In this document: positions 33,951 through 44,190 of the stretch, piece by piece
Layout: each line of letters opens with the position of its first letter
Position numbering within the stretch: the stretch's first letter is position 1
NCBI GenBank assembly: GCA_900314865.1
Contig: OMWW01000007.1
Span: forward strand, 9,917 to 73,916
Origin: an uncultured Erysipelotrichaceae bacterium
GTDB taxonomy: Bacteria; Bacillota_I; Bacilli_A; RFN20; CAG-826
Direction: 5' to 3'
DNA length: 64,000 nt
The notes under the pieces: generated by a model
The model's input: only the letters and a program-made list of their open reading frames with translations
What the model was told of the DNA's origin: nothing
The model's database searches: none
Translations under genes and position numbers: made by a program

Positions 33951-36560
33951 ATGGAAAAGAAAGTCCTATCCCCTCAAGAAGAGGTTGATGCATTAGTGAA
34001 GAACGCTCAAAAGGCGTTAGATGAATTCCTCCTTCTTGATCAAGATCAAATTGATCACATTGTCGCTAAATGTTCGGTTGCTGGATTAGACCATCATGGA
34101 ACATTAGCTGCAAGTGCGATTAATGAAACAAAACGAGGTGTCTTTGAAGATAAAGCCACAAAGAACCTATTCGCTTGCGAATATGTGGTGAATAACATGA
34201 GACATCTTAAGACTGTTGGTGTTATCTCTGAAGACCCAGTTACTGGTATTACTAAAATCGCTGAACCTGTAGGCGTTATTTGTGGTATTACTCCGGTTAC
34301 TAATCCAACTAGTACAGTTATTTTCAAATCACTGATTTGCTTAAAAACACGTAACCCAATCATCTTTGCGTTCCACCCAAACGCTCAACAATGTTCAAAA
34401 GAAGCTGCAATTATTATGAGAGACGCAGCTGTTAAGGCTGGCGCTCCTAAAGATTGTATTCAATGGATTGAACATCCAAGTATGGATGCCACTTCTGCTT
34501 TAATGAATCATCCAGGCGTTGCAACTATTCTTGCGACTGGTGGTAACGCGATGGTTAAAGCAGCGTACAGCTGCGGTAAACCTGCAATGGGTGTTGGAGC
34601 GGGTAATGTTCCTGCATATATGAATAAATCATGTAATGTTGAACAAGCAGTGAATGATATCGTTTTATCAAAAGCTTTTGATAATGGAATGATTTGTGCT
34701 TCTGAACAAGCCGCAATCATTGATGAAGAAATCTATGAAGAGGCAAAAGCTCTTTTCAAGAGATTTAAAGTCTATTTTGTTAATAAAGAAGAAAAGAAAA
34801 AGATTTCCAGATTTATGTTTGGTTATGCGGAAGGGGATGAAGGTGTTGAAAACGCTAAACTCAATCCTGATATCGCTGGTAAAAGCGCATACTGGATTGC
34901 TTCTCAATCCGGTATCAATGTTCCTAAAGACACTTCAATCATTGGTGTTGAATGTAAGGAAGTTGGACCAAAAGAACCAATTAGTAGAGAAAAACTTTCT
35001 CCTGTTCTAGCGTTCTTTAAAGTTAAAGGCGAAAAAGAAGGCTTTGAAAAAGCTAACGAAATGGTGTGCTTTAACGGCTTAGGCCACAGTGCTTCCATTC
35101 ACTGTAAAGAACAAGAAATGGCTGACCGCTATGGTGAACTTGTTCCTGCAATGAGAATCATTTGGAACTCTCCTTCCACCTTTGGTGGTATTGGTAATGT
35201 CTATAACTCATTCTTACCATCCTTAACACTAGGATGTGGCAGTTATGGACACAATAGTATCGGCGGTAACGTCAGTGCTGTTAATTTATTAAATGTCAAA
35301 CAAGTTGGTAAAAGGAGAAATACTGTGCAGTGGTTTAAAGTTCCTTCAAAGATATACTTTGAACGTAATTCAATTCAATACTTACAATCATGTAAAAATA
35401 TTAATAAAGCATTCATCGTCACCGATACATCAATGGTGGAATTCGGTTTCTTTAAGAAGATTGCGGATCAACTCAACCTAAGAAGAAATAAAGTGCAAAT
35501 GCAATTATTCTGTGATGTCGAACCAGATCCAGATATTGAAACTGTCCGTAAAGGTGCAGAGATGATGAAAATCTTCCAACCTGATGTCATTATCGCCTTA
35601 GGTGGAGGAAGCGTCATGGACGCCGCTAAAGGTATGTGGCTATTCTATGAACATCCAGAAGTTAACTTTGACGATTTAAAACAAAAATTCATGGATATCC
35701 GTAAGAGAGCCTTTAAATATCCAGAACTTGGTAAGAAATCACGTCTTATTTGTATTCCAACAACTTCTGGTACTGGTAGTGAAGTCACTCCATTTGCGGT
35801 TATCTCTGATAAGAAAAACAACAAGAAATATCCATTAACTGATTATTCCTTAACTCCAACAGTGGCGATTGTGGACGCTGAATTTACTACTAACTTACCA
35901 CCAAAAGCTACAGCGATGACTGGTATGGATGTTCTTACCCACGCTATTGAAGCCTATGTCTCAGTTATGGCAAGTGATTTCACTGATGGTTTAGCCATTA
36001 AAGCGATTGAGTTAGTCTTTAAATACTTACCGAGAGCAGTCAAAGATGGACCACACGATTTAGAGGCTAGAGAAAAGATGCATAACGCAGCAACTATTGC
36101 TGGTATGGCCTTTGCTAATGCATTCTTAGGCATGACTCACTCCTTAGCTCATAAAGTAGGAGCAGAATTCCATACAGTTCATGGTCACACCTGTGGTGTG
36201 CTTCTCCCATATGTCATTAGATATAATGGCCAAGTACCAGAAAAGCTTAGTTGTTGGCCAAAATACAATGAATACTGCGCTGATAAAAAATATCAAGATA
36301 TCGCTAAATTATTGAATTTACCTGCTTCTACTCCAGAAGAAGGCGTTGAATCTTTAGCGAAAGCCTGTCATGACTTACAAGTCTCTATTGGCTTAAGTGA
36401 TAATTTTGCTTCTTATGGCATTGATGAAAAAGATTATATGGATCGTTTAGATCGTATTGCCGTTCTTGCTTACGAAGATCAATGTTCGCCATGTAATCCA
36501 AGAGTGCCATTAGTGGAAGACATGAAGATTATCCTCAAGAAGGCTTTTAAAGGTGAATAG
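33951..36560 (+). CDS. adhE: Bifunctional acetaldehyde-CoA/alcohol dehydrogenase
   Basis: ALDH domain plus Fe-ADH domain (GGGSVMDAAK). ATG 33951 has 10-nt spacing from AAAGGAG; ATG 33942 has only 1 nt. Confidence 0.93.
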   Translation: MEKKVLSPQEEVDALVKNAQKALDEFLLLDQDQIDHIVAKCSVAGLDHHGTLAASAINETKRGVFEDKATKNLFACEYVVNNMRHLKTVGVISEDPVTGITKIAEPVGVICGITPVTNPTSTVIFKSLICLKTRNPIIFAFHPNAQQCSKEAAIIMRDAAVKAGAPKDCIQWIEHPSMDATSALMNHPGVATILATGGNAMVKAAYSCGKPAMGVGAGNVPAYMNKSCNVEQAVNDIVLSKAFDNGMICASEQAAIIDEEIYEEAKALFKRFKVYFVNKEEKKKISRFMFGYAEGDEGVENAKLNPDIAGKSAYWIASQSGINVPKDTSIIGVECKEVGPKEPISREKLSPVLAFFKVKGEKEGFEKANEMVCFNGLGHSASIHCKEQEMADRYGELVPAMRIIWNSPSTFGGIGNVYNSFLPSLTLGCGSYGHNSIGGNVSAVNLLNVKQVGKRRNTVQWFKVPSKIYFERNSIQYLQSCKNINKAFIVTDTSMVEFGFFKKIADQLNLRRNKVQMQLFCDVEPDPDIETVRKGAEMMKIFQPDVIIALGGGSVMDAAKGMWLFYEHPEVNFDDLKQKFMDIRKRAFKYPELGKKSRLICIPTTSGTGSEVTPFAVISDKKNNKKYPLTDYSLTPTVAIVDAEFTTNLPPKATAMTGMDVLTHAIEAYVSVMASDFTDGLAIKAIELVFKYLPRAVKDGPHDLEAREKMHNAATIAGMAFANAFLGMTHSLAHKVGAEFHTVHGHTCGVLLPYVIRYNGQVPEKLSCWPKYNEYCADKKYQDIAKLLNLPASTPEEGVESLAKACHDLQVSIGLSDNFASYGIDEKDYMDRLDRIAVLAYEDQCSPCNPRVPLVEDMKIILKKAFKGE

Positions 36561-36726
36561 AAGATAGGTTCTTAACTATTTCAAACTCCCGTAATCATTT
36601 CAAAATAATGAAAGATAATTAAAGCGGGAGTTTTATTATGAGAAAATTCGAAACCCAAATCCAAGAATTGAAATTTAAGGTACTTACGGAAATTGCCAAA
36701 AACTTAGAAAAGCAAGCAATAAAAAA

Positions 36727-36752
36727 CCTCTACTATGTAGAGGATTTTTTTT
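36727..36752. terminator. Bidirectional terminator (adhE side and tRNA operon side)
   Basis: CCTCTAC/GTAGAGG stem flanked by A6 and T8. Confidence 0.75.
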
Positions 36753-36756
36753 CACT

Positions 36757-36844
36757 TGGTGCCCGGGACCGGAATCGAACCGGTACGGATTATACATCCG
36801 CAAGATTTTAAGTCTTGTGCGTCTACCTGTTCCGCCACCTGGGC
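36757..36844 (-). tRNA. tRNA-Leu(UAA): tRNA-Leu, anticodon UAA
   Basis: Long variable arm, loop CUUAAAA and encoded CCA. Confidence 0.9.
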
Positions 36845-36855
36845 TTTTTAGTGAT

Positions 36856-36931
36856 TGGTGACTCGCCGGAGATTCGAACTCCGGACCCCTTGATTAAAAG
36901 TCAAGTGCTCTACCGACTGAGCTAGCGAGTC
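36856..36931 (-). tRNA. tRNA-Lys(UUU): tRNA-Lys, anticodon UUU
   Basis: GACUCGCUAGCUCAGUCGGUAGAGC..., loop CUUUUAA and encoded CCA. Confidence 0.92.
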
Positions 36932-36942
36932 ATTTTGAAGGT

Positions 36943-37018
36943 TGGCTGGGGTGGGTGGGATCGAACCACCGAGATGACAGAGTCAAAGTCTGTTGCCTTA
37001 CCGCTTGGCTACACCCCA
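36943..37018 (-). tRNA. tRNA-Gln(UUG): tRNA-Gln, anticodon UUG
   Basis: UGGGGUGUAGCCAAGCGGUAAGGC..., loop CUUUGAC and encoded CCA. Confidence 0.9.
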
Positions 37019-37034
37019 AGCAAATTACCTTAAA

Positions 37035-37118
37035 TGGTGGAGGGGGGCAGATTCGAACCGCCGAACCCGAAGGAGCTGATTTACAGTCAGCCGCGTTTAG
37101 CCTCTTCGCTACCCCTCC
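37035..37118 (-). tRNA. tRNA-Tyr(GUA): tRNA-Tyr, anticodon GUA
   Basis: Long variable arm, loop CUGUAAA and encoded CCA. Confidence 0.9.
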
Positions 37119-37135
37119 ATGTGTTTTTGCGTAAT

Positions 37136-37211
37136 TGGTGGATGCTGAGGGGCTCGAACCCCCGACCTCCGCCGTGTAAAGGCGATGCTCTCCCAGCTGA
37201 GCTAAGCATCC
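37136..37211 (-). tRNA. tRNA-Val(UAC): tRNA-Val, anticodon UAC
   Basis: GGAUGCUUAGCUCAGCUGGGAGAGC..., loop UUUACAC and encoded CCA. A - strand promoter TTGATT-17-TATATT lies upstream. Confidence 0.9.
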
Positions 37212-37262
37212 GCTTTGCAGATACGCGATAAATAATATATCATTACGATATATATAAATCAA

Positions 37263-37288
37263 TAAAAAAATCGCCAATTTTTTGACGA
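37263..37288 (-). terminator. pgi terminator
   Basis: 6-bp stem that contains a G-U pair only on the - strand, followed by U7. Confidence 0.6.
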
Positions 37289-37311
37289 CTTTTTATTAAA
37301 TAAAATAGTGA

Positions 37312-38592
37312 TTAATAACCCTTCTTGCCTAAGAGGTGGAACATGTTCTTTTTGTAGATTTCAACCCCTGGTTGATTGAATGGATTAATTTCAAGTAAGT
37401 AAGCACTCATAGCGCATGCTCTCATAAAGAAATAGAAGAGATAGCCGAGTGTTTTTGGATCGAGTTTATCAATATAGATGACATTACATGGAACTCCTCC
37501 ATCTTCTTGGTGAGCTTTAAGTGTTCCTTGGAACGCCATTTGGTTGACGTATGATAATTTCTTTCCAGCTAAATAGTTGAGGCCATCTAAATCATCTTTA
37601 TCACTTGGAATAGAAACATCTTCTTGTGGTTCTAAAACATTGAGGATGGTTTCAAATAAAAGTGGGCTTCCATCTTGAATGAATTGACCTAAGGAGTGGA
37701 GGTCGGTTGAGAAGGTAGCGCTTGTAGGAAGTAAGCCCTTTTTCTCTTTTCCTTCGCTTTCTCCAAATAGTTGTTTCAACCATTCTGATATTTGACTCAT
37801 TTGTGGCTCGTAAGTGACATACATCTCAACTGGACGTTTGTGGTTGAGCATATAATCTCTACTTACCGCATAGCGGTAGCATTTGTTTTCTTTTAAGTTA
37901 TCGTTATCAAATTCTTTTCTCGCTTCTTGAGCACCTAATAACATTGCTTTAACATCAACACCTGCTGCTGCAAGTGGGAATAAACCAACTGGGGTAAGAA
38001 CAGAATATCTTCCTCCGATATCACCAGGAAGAACATATGTGCTATAACCTTCTTGGTTACATAATGTTTTAAGAGCACCACGAGCTTTGTCTGTAACAGC
38101 AAAGATGGATTTTCTTGCTTCTTCTTTACCGACTTTTCTTTCAAGTAAGTCTTTTAAAAGTCTAAAAGCAATTGAGGTTTCAGTGGTGGTGCCACTTTTT
38201 GAAATAACATTGATTGCGAATTTTTTATCTTTTAGATAATTAAGAACTTGGGCGGTGTAATTTGGAGAGAATGTTTGACCCATGAAAATGATTTCTGGTT
38301 TGTCAGGACTTTTAACACCTTTAAGGGCGTCAATTGCACATTTCGCGCCTAAATAACTTCCTCCAATACCAGCGACCACTAAAACTTCAAAATTATCTCT
38401 AACGTATTTAGCGTCTTTGAGTAGTCTTTCTAATTCTTCTTTGTCATAGTTTTCTGGCCAATCAACCCAGCCTAAGAAATCATTACCAGCGCCTGATTTG
38501 TCGTTAATCATTTTATTGATCTTGGTAACTCTATCTTGATATTTAGCGATTTCTTGTTCGCTAATGACATTGCTAACATCTACTTTAATCAT
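37312..38592 (-). CDS. pgi: Glucose-6-phosphate isomerase
   Basis: 426-aa Firmicutes-type PGI (GIGGSYLG, SKSGTTTE motifs). Confidence 0.93.
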   Translation of the reverse strand: MIKVDVSNVISEQEIAKYQDRVTKINKMINDKSGAGNDFLGWVDWPENYDKEELERLLKDAKYVRDNFEVLVVAGIGGSYLGAKCAIDALKGVKSPDKPEIIFMGQTFSPNYTAQVLNYLKDKKFAINVISKSGTTTETSIAFRLLKDLLERKVGKEEARKSIFAVTDKARGALKTLCNQEGYSTYVLPGDIGGRYSVLTPVGLFPLAAAGVDVKAMLLGAQEARKEFDNDNLKENKCYRYAVSRDYMLNHKRPVEMYVTYEPQMSQISEWLKQLFGESEGKEKKGLLPTSATFSTDLHSLGQFIQDGSPLLFETILNVLEPQEDVSIPSDKDDLDGLNYLAGKKLSYVNQMAFQGTLKAHQEDGGVPCNVIYIDKLDPKTLGYLFYFFMRACAMSAYLLEINPFNQPGVEIYKKNMFHLLGKKGY

Positions 38593-38983
38593 CTTTATTT
38601 TCCTTTGCTTTTTCTAAAGTTTCTTTAATCCACATTGGAAGCTTCTCTTCAAGAGCAGTAAAATCTGCTTCATCGAATTGAGGAACAGTCCTTATGGAAT
38701 TGTTGTGATTGGAATATCTTTCTTTTTCTGGGACAGCTTTATAAGAGACTCTTAAAAAGCCATTATCTGGATCAATAGAAAGAACTTTGACTTTAATTTC
38801 ATCTCCAACAGTGCCGAATTTTTCGATATCACGGATATATCCATCACTGAGTTCAGAGATATGTAAAAGTCCGTTAGTGCCATCTTCAAAAGTTAAAAAT
38901 AAGGCATAAGGTCTTATTTGATTAACTTTCCCGATAATTAAGTCACCAATTTTGTATTCCATAGAATATAATTTATCACTCAT
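38585..38983 (-). CDS. S1 RNA-binding domain protein (YugI/GSP13-like)
   Basis: S1 motif IGKVNQIRPYALFLTFEDGTNGLLHISEL. 8-nt overlap with the pgi start. The ORF-track start at 39040 lies inside the upstream terminator. Confidence 0.75.
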   Translation of the reverse strand: MSDKLYSMEYKIGDLIIGKVNQIRPYALFLTFEDGTNGLLHISELSDGYIRDIEKFGTVGDEIKVKVLSIDPDNGFLRVSYKAVPEKERYSNHNNSIRTVPQFDEADFTALEEKLPMWIKETLEKAKENKDD

Positions 38984-39000
38984 GCCAAGACACTTAAACA

Positions 39001-39041
39001 AAAAAGTAAAAGAAAATGACCTCAGAAAATCTAAGGTCATT
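39001..39041 (-). terminator. Terminator of the HAD hydrolase gene
   Basis: AATGACCT/AGGTCATT 8-bp stem followed by a U-rich tract on the - strand. Confidence 0.65.
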
Positions 39042-39057
39042 ACTTAATTAATATTCT

Positions 39058-39888
39058 TTATTTGTTAGCGAGTGCTTCTTCTTTAGCCGCTAAGATTTCT
39101 CTATTAGAGACGCTATCAATGATAAGCTTTAAGACTTTTTCCATGTCTTTGTCTTGGGAATAGTCAGCTTTAACAACGAAGCGGCAACGTTTATCATTGC
39201 GGATTTGGTCAACTTGGCTTCTATTACTATCAGTGTAGACACCGATAGAGTAGCCGTGGTTCTTATTCACTAATGTCATACACGCAACATCAGTCATTCC
39301 ATCTCCAATATAAACGATGTTCTCATAAGGAATTCTTAAACTACCTTTAACCTTTTCGTTAACTGAATTGTCATCTTTGATATCGACAACACCTTTAGCA
39401 ATACGGAAGAAAAATTGCGTCTTTTGAGTATAGTTAATAGCGAGTTTTGGCCATACTGGGACACCGTTCTCAAAAAGATATTCACATCCGTATACTTTTG
39501 TGAATTTGTCATAGATAGAACAACCTTCAAGAATCTCTTTAGTTCCAGAAGACACTAAATAGTGTTCAACTTTGATTCCTTTGGATGCTCCATAAGCATT
39601 GATTCGATCGAACCATGTAGTGACGCCAGGATGGTATTTAATGTTCTTGCCATTTTCTCTTAAGACTTCTCGAGTAAGCTTGATACCAGCTTCTTTGGAT
39701 TTTTTAATCATCATATACATGTATGATAGAATACGTTCACATCCAGTTTTTTCAGAAAATTCTCCTGTTGCTCCCCAGAATTCATCAGGGGTCATTCCAA
39801 GCATTGGGATGAAGGAGTAATTCTGCATATCAGTGGTGGATAATGTTTTATCAAAATCGTACATGATTGCAACAATTGGTTTGCCCAT
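39058..39888 (-). CDS. HAD-superfamily hydrolase
   Basis: DFDKTL motif I and GDGMTD motif IV. Confidence 0.7.
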   Translation of the reverse strand: MGKPIVAIMYDFDKTLSTTDMQNYSFIPMLGMTPDEFWGATGEFSEKTGCERILSYMYMMIKKSKEAGIKLTREVLRENGKNIKYHPGVTTWFDRINAYGASKGIKVEHYLVSSGTKEILEGCSIYDKFTKVYGCEYLFENGVPVWPKLAINYTQKTQFFFRIAKGVVDIKDDNSVNEKVKGSLRIPYENIVYIGDGMTDVACMTLVNKNHGYSIGVYTDSNRSQVDQIRNDKRCRFVVKADYSQDKDMEKVLKLIIDSVSNREILAAKEEALANK

Positions 39889-40103
39889 CTTAAATACCTC
39901 TTGGTTATATTATCACAAGTCGATAATATAGGTCAAATAAATGATTTTTACATAATTACCCTACAAATGTTTGATTTTTATATGGGAAATTTATTGTTCA
40001 ATATTATTTGAGTTAATATAAACTAACTTTATTATCATATTTGTTTGATAGAAAACTGGTTTTCTACTACAATAATAACGTTAAAAAGGAGATTTCATTA
40101 CGT

Positions 40104-41708
40104 ATGGAATACAAAAAACCAATTATCTTATGCATTATGGATGGTTATGGCATTAGGCATAATCCTGTAGGTAATGCAGTTTTTGATGCAAAAAAACCAA
40201 ACCTTGATAAGTATTTCTCTACTCATGCTTATACTGAGATTAATGCTTCTGGAGAATATGTAGGTTTACCTGATGGACAAATGGGTAATTCTGAAGTTGG
40301 ACATATGAATATGGGGGCAGGAAGAATTGTTTATCAATCATTAACCCTTATTAATAAGGCAATCAAAGAGAAGACATTCTTCGAGAACGAGCAATATCTC
40401 AAGGCAATTGAACATGCGAAGAAAAATCATTCTAAACTACATATTTTTGGTTTAACCAGTGATGGTGGTGTTCACTCTCACATCAATCACATTTTAGCGA
40501 TTATTGAATTAGCCGCTAAGAGTGGGTTAGATGATGTCTTTATGCACTGCTTCATGGATGGTAGAGATGTCGATCCTCAAGCTGGCGCCAAATATGTTGA
40601 TATGATTCAAAAGAAAATGGATGAATTACATTTCGGACATATCGCTGATATTGGTGGCCGTTATTGGGGTATGGATAGAGACAAGAACATGGACCGTGTT
40701 GATGTTCATTACCGCTTAATGGTGGATCATGATGGACCAAGTTTCACCGACTATCATGAATTCTTCAAGTCTCAATATGAAGAACTTCCAAAAATGGGCA
40801 AATCCCCAAGTGATGAATTTTTGATTCCTCATTACAATGCGAATGTCGATGGAAGAATTGGTGACAACGATGCGATTATCTTTATGAACTATCGTCCAGA
40901 TAGAGCTATTCAAATTTCTACATTATTTACTAACCCAATGTTCTATGAACATCCAGCGGTGAAAGATGATGGTTCCTTTGCTTGGAAACCATATAAACCA
41001 GCACATCCACTTAAAAACATCTTCTATGTCTGCACGATGAAATACGCAGATAGTGTCAAAGGTGTTATTGCGTTTGAACCACAAAAACTTACAAACATCC
41101 TAGGACAATATTTAGCCGATAATGGTTACACTCAATTAAGAATTGCGGAAACTGAAAAGTACGCTCATGTTACATTCTTCTTTGATGGAACAATGAACTT
41201 TGATGGAGTGGAACGTCCAGAACTTAAAGGTTGTAGAAGAGTTTTGATTAACTCACCAAAAGTTGCTACTTATGATTTACAACCAGAAATGAGTGCTTAT
41301 CTAATCCTTGACGCTTTAATTAAGGAATTAGATAAGAAAGATCTAGACGTTGTCATTCTTAACTTCGCTAACTGCGATATGGTCGGACATACCGCCGTTC
41401 ATGATGCATGTGTGAAGGCTGTTGAAACTGTTGACTACTGTGTTGGTAAGATTATTGAATGGTGTGATAAAAATGGTGGAACTCTCATCGTTACTGCTGA
41501 TCACGGTAATGCCGAAGAAATCTTGGACGCAAATGGTAAACCATTTACCGCTCATACCACTAACTTAGTTCCATTCTGCATTAATAGAACCGATATTAAA
41601 TTAAAAGAAAAAGAAGGCAAATTAGCGGATATCGCCCCAACCATCTTAGAACTTTTAGGAGCGGGTAAACCTGAAGAAATGACTGGTGAATCCCTCATTG
41701 TTAAATAG
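40104..41708 (+). CDS. gpmI: 2,3-bisphosphoglycerate-independent phosphoglycerate mutase
   Basis: ILCIMDGYG, MGNSEVGH, SDGGVHS and ADHGNAE motifs. ATG 40104 is preceded by AAAAAGGAGA. Confidence 0.93.
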   Translation: MEYKKPIILCIMDGYGIRHNPVGNAVFDAKKPNLDKYFSTHAYTEINASGEYVGLPDGQMGNSEVGHMNMGAGRIVYQSLTLINKAIKEKTFFENEQYLKAIEHAKKNHSKLHIFGLTSDGGVHSHINHILAIIELAAKSGLDDVFMHCFMDGRDVDPQAGAKYVDMIQKKMDELHFGHIADIGGRYWGMDRDKNMDRVDVHYRLMVDHDGPSFTDYHEFFKSQYEELPKMGKSPSDEFLIPHYNANVDGRIGDNDAIIFMNYRPDRAIQISTLFTNPMFYEHPAVKDDGSFAWKPYKPAHPLKNIFYVCTMKYADSVKGVIAFEPQKLTNILGQYLADNGYTQLRIAETEKYAHVTFFFDGTMNFDGVERPELKGCRRVLINSPKVATYDLQPEMSAYLILDALIKELDKKDLDVVILNFANCDMVGHTAVHDACVKAVETVDYCVGKIIEWCDKNGGTLIVTADHGNAEEILDANGKPFTAHTTNLVPFCINRTDIKLKEKEGKLADIAPTILELLGAGKPEEMTGESLIVK

Positions 41709-41719
41709 GAGATAACGAC

Positions 41720-43429
41720 ATGAAAGATACAAACTTAAAATTTGAAGATTACCCTTTCAGGGTTCCTACTGAAAAAAGAACAATTAACAAACTTGAATCT
41801 TTAGTGGGTGAACTTGAAGAATGTGGCAGTGCTCTTACCGCCAAAACTGCGATTAAACACTGGAACAAATACATGAATGAACTTGGAACAGAAATGAATG
41901 TTATTCAAGTTCGTTACACTTTAGATACCACAAATAAGGTTTATAAAAATGCACAAGAGAAGTTAGATGAAATTTCTCCATTAATCGCTAACTACTCCAC
42001 TAAATATGAAAAGATTCTTCTTAAAGCCAAATACCGTAAAGAATTAGAAAAACTTTATGGTCCATATCTTTTTAAGATGTATGAAAATAGCCTTAAGGCT
42101 TTCGATGAAAAGATCATTCCTGAACTAATTGAAGAAAACAAATTAACTTCCAAATATGATGAAGTGATGGGAGGAGCGCAAATCCCATTTAGAGGAGAAG
42201 TTCTCAATCTTTCCCAATTAGGCAAATATGTTTCTGATCCTGATAGAGAAACTAGAAAAGAAGCCTCTATTGCTTTAGATAATTGGCTTGGTGAACACGA
42301 AAAAGAAATTGGAGATATCTATGATAAACTCGTTCATCTTAGAGACACGATTGCCAAGAAATTAGGATTCAAGAACTTCGTGGAACTTGGCTATATCCGT
42401 ATGGGTAGAACCGACTATAACGCGAAGATGGTTAAAGGATATCGTGACCAAATTAAAGCGGATGTTGTTCCATTAGCCCAAAAGTTATTCAAGAAACAAA
42501 TGAAGGAACTTGGTATCAAGAATCCTCAAACATACGACTACAATCTTAAATTCACTTCTGGAAATCCAAAACCAGTTGGTGATAGCAAAGTCTTATTAGG
42601 CGTTGCTAAAAAGATGTATGAAGATATGTCTAAAGAAAGTAACCAATTCATCAACTTCATGATTGATAATCATTTGCTTGATTTAGACGCTAGAGCGGGT
42701 AAAGCCCCAGGTGGATATTGTACCTATTTCCCACTTTATAAGGCTCCATTCATCTTCTCTAACTTCAATGGCACTGAAGGCGATGTTAACGTCTTATGCC
42801 ATGAAGGTGGACATGCTTTCCAAGCATATTTATCTTCCCCAATTAAGATTCCTGAATATCAAGAACCAACTATGGAAAGTGCAGAAATCCACTCTATGAG
42901 TATGGAATTCTTCACCTGGCCATATATGGAAGGCTTCTTTGGAAAAGATGCTGATAAATATAGATACGCTCACTTAACTGATGCGATTGAATTCTTACCA
43001 TATGGTATTACCATTGATGAATTCCAACACTGGGTCTATGAACATCCAAACGCCACTCATGATGAAAGATGTGCTAAATATCTTGAGATTGAAAGAGCAA
43101 ACTTACCAAATAGAAAATACGATGATTGTCCTATCGCTGCTAAAGGAACGAGATGGATGAGACAAAGCCATGTCTTTGGCTCCCCATTCTATTACATCGA
43201 TTACACCTTAGCGCAAGTGGTGGCATTCCAATTCTTGGCGGAAGATCTTAAGAACCATGAAAAAGCGTGGAAGAAATATGTGAAGCTTTGTAAGCTTGGC
43301 GGTTCTCTCCCATTCACTGGTTTACTTAACAAAGTCCACTTAAGAAATCCATTTGAAGAAGGAAATGTTAGAAAGAACATCAAACCTCTTCTCAAAGTTC
43401 TTAATAGCTTTGATACTTCTAAATTCTAA
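41720..43429 (+). CDS. pepF: M3B-family oligoendopeptidase (PepF-like)
   Basis: HEGGHAF zinc motif. 569 aa. Confidence 0.8.
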   Translation: MKDTNLKFEDYPFRVPTEKRTINKLESLVGELEECGSALTAKTAIKHWNKYMNELGTEMNVIQVRYTLDTTNKVYKNAQEKLDEISPLIANYSTKYEKILLKAKYRKELEKLYGPYLFKMYENSLKAFDEKIIPELIEENKLTSKYDEVMGGAQIPFRGEVLNLSQLGKYVSDPDRETRKEASIALDNWLGEHEKEIGDIYDKLVHLRDTIAKKLGFKNFVELGYIRMGRTDYNAKMVKGYRDQIKADVVPLAQKLFKKQMKELGIKNPQTYDYNLKFTSGNPKPVGDSKVLLGVAKKMYEDMSKESNQFINFMIDNHLLDLDARAGKAPGGYCTYFPLYKAPFIFSNFNGTEGDVNVLCHEGGHAFQAYLSSPIKIPEYQEPTMESAEIHSMSMEFFTWPYMEGFFGKDADKYRYAHLTDAIEFLPYGITIDEFQHWVYEHPNATHDERCAKYLEIERANLPNRKYDDCPIAAKGTRWMRQSHVFGSPFYYIDYTLAQVVAFQFLAEDLKNHEKAWKKYVKLCKLGGSLPFTGLLNKVHLRNPFEEGNVRKNIKPLLKVLNSFDTSKF

Positions 43430-43442
43430 AGATAGTAAAAAA

Positions 43443-43475
43443 AGAGATGATTCACGAAAGTAGTCATCTCTTTTA
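43443..43475. terminator. Bidirectional terminator between convergent genes
   Basis: AGAGATGA/TCATCTCT stem flanked by an A-run and a T-run. Confidence 0.65.
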
Positions 43476-43499
43476 TTTTGTAGTCTTAACTAAATAAAA

Positions 43500-44066
43500 T
43501 TATTTAACTAATTTTTTCTCACCGAAGAATACGCTAACACAAGCAGCGATACCACCGAGGATAGCTAAGATACCACTAACAATAGCTAATGAAGAGGATA
43601 ATGAACCGCCAGCGGCTTTCATTGCTTCTTTCACTTTATCGAGTGGTAAACCACTTTCAGCAGCATTTCTTTCGGCTAATGCGTTGAAGAGTGATAATGG
43701 TGTGAGCATCACGAAGACGCCACCAGCAATCATAGCTACTGCAACAAGAACTAAGACGATTCTAACAGCTTTTTCTTTCTTAACTAATAAAGAAATACAG
43801 AAGGCTGCTAAAGCGCCAACAAAGACTAAGATTGAACCAACTAATGGTAATCCTAAAGCACCATATGGTTTTGGTAATGCTACTTCGCCCAAATAAGGAA
43901 CAGTCATTGATTTACAACCCCAGATAACTGAGTTATATGTGCCGTTCCAGTCGCCAGCTTTGTCAAATGCCTTAACGTTAGTGACAAATGAGAAAATAAA
44001 TACTAACAAACCAAACAATGCAACGAAGCAAAGTAAGAGGTTTCTTAATGTTAATTTTTCTTTCAT
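43500..44066 (-). CDS. Integral membrane protein, unknown function
   Basis: 188 aa with about 5 predicted TM segments. No recognised motif. Confidence 0.5.
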   Translation of the reverse strand: MKEKLTLRNLLLCFVALFGLLVFIFSFVTNVKAFDKAGDWNGTYNSVIWGCKSMTVPYLGEVALPKPYGALGLPLVGSILVFVGALAAFCISLLVKKEKAVRIVLVLVAVAMIAGGVFVMLTPLSLFNALAERNAAESGLPLDKVKEAMKAAGGSLSSSLAIVSGILAILGGIAACVSVFFGEKKLVK

Positions 44067-44153
44067 TATAGTATGTGACTCCTTTCCGCTAACATTATAG
44101 TTTAACTATATATTTATATAAACAAGATTTTATTTTTTGTGTTTTTATACAAT

Positions 44154-44185
44154 AAAAAAATCTCGATTGCTCGAGACATTTTTTT
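44154..44185. terminator. Hairpin terminator downstream of tRNA-Leu(GAG)
   Basis: TCTCGA/TCGAGA stem flanked by A7 and T7. Confidence 0.65.
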
Positions 44186-44190
44186 AATTT

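Noticed and set aside
36930-37277. 115-aa (-) ORF and the 65-aa (+) ORF at 37034-37231.
   Set aside because: Both lie entirely over the tRNA-Gln/Tyr/Val genes. They are GC-rich tRNA sequence read as protein and have no ribosome-binding site.
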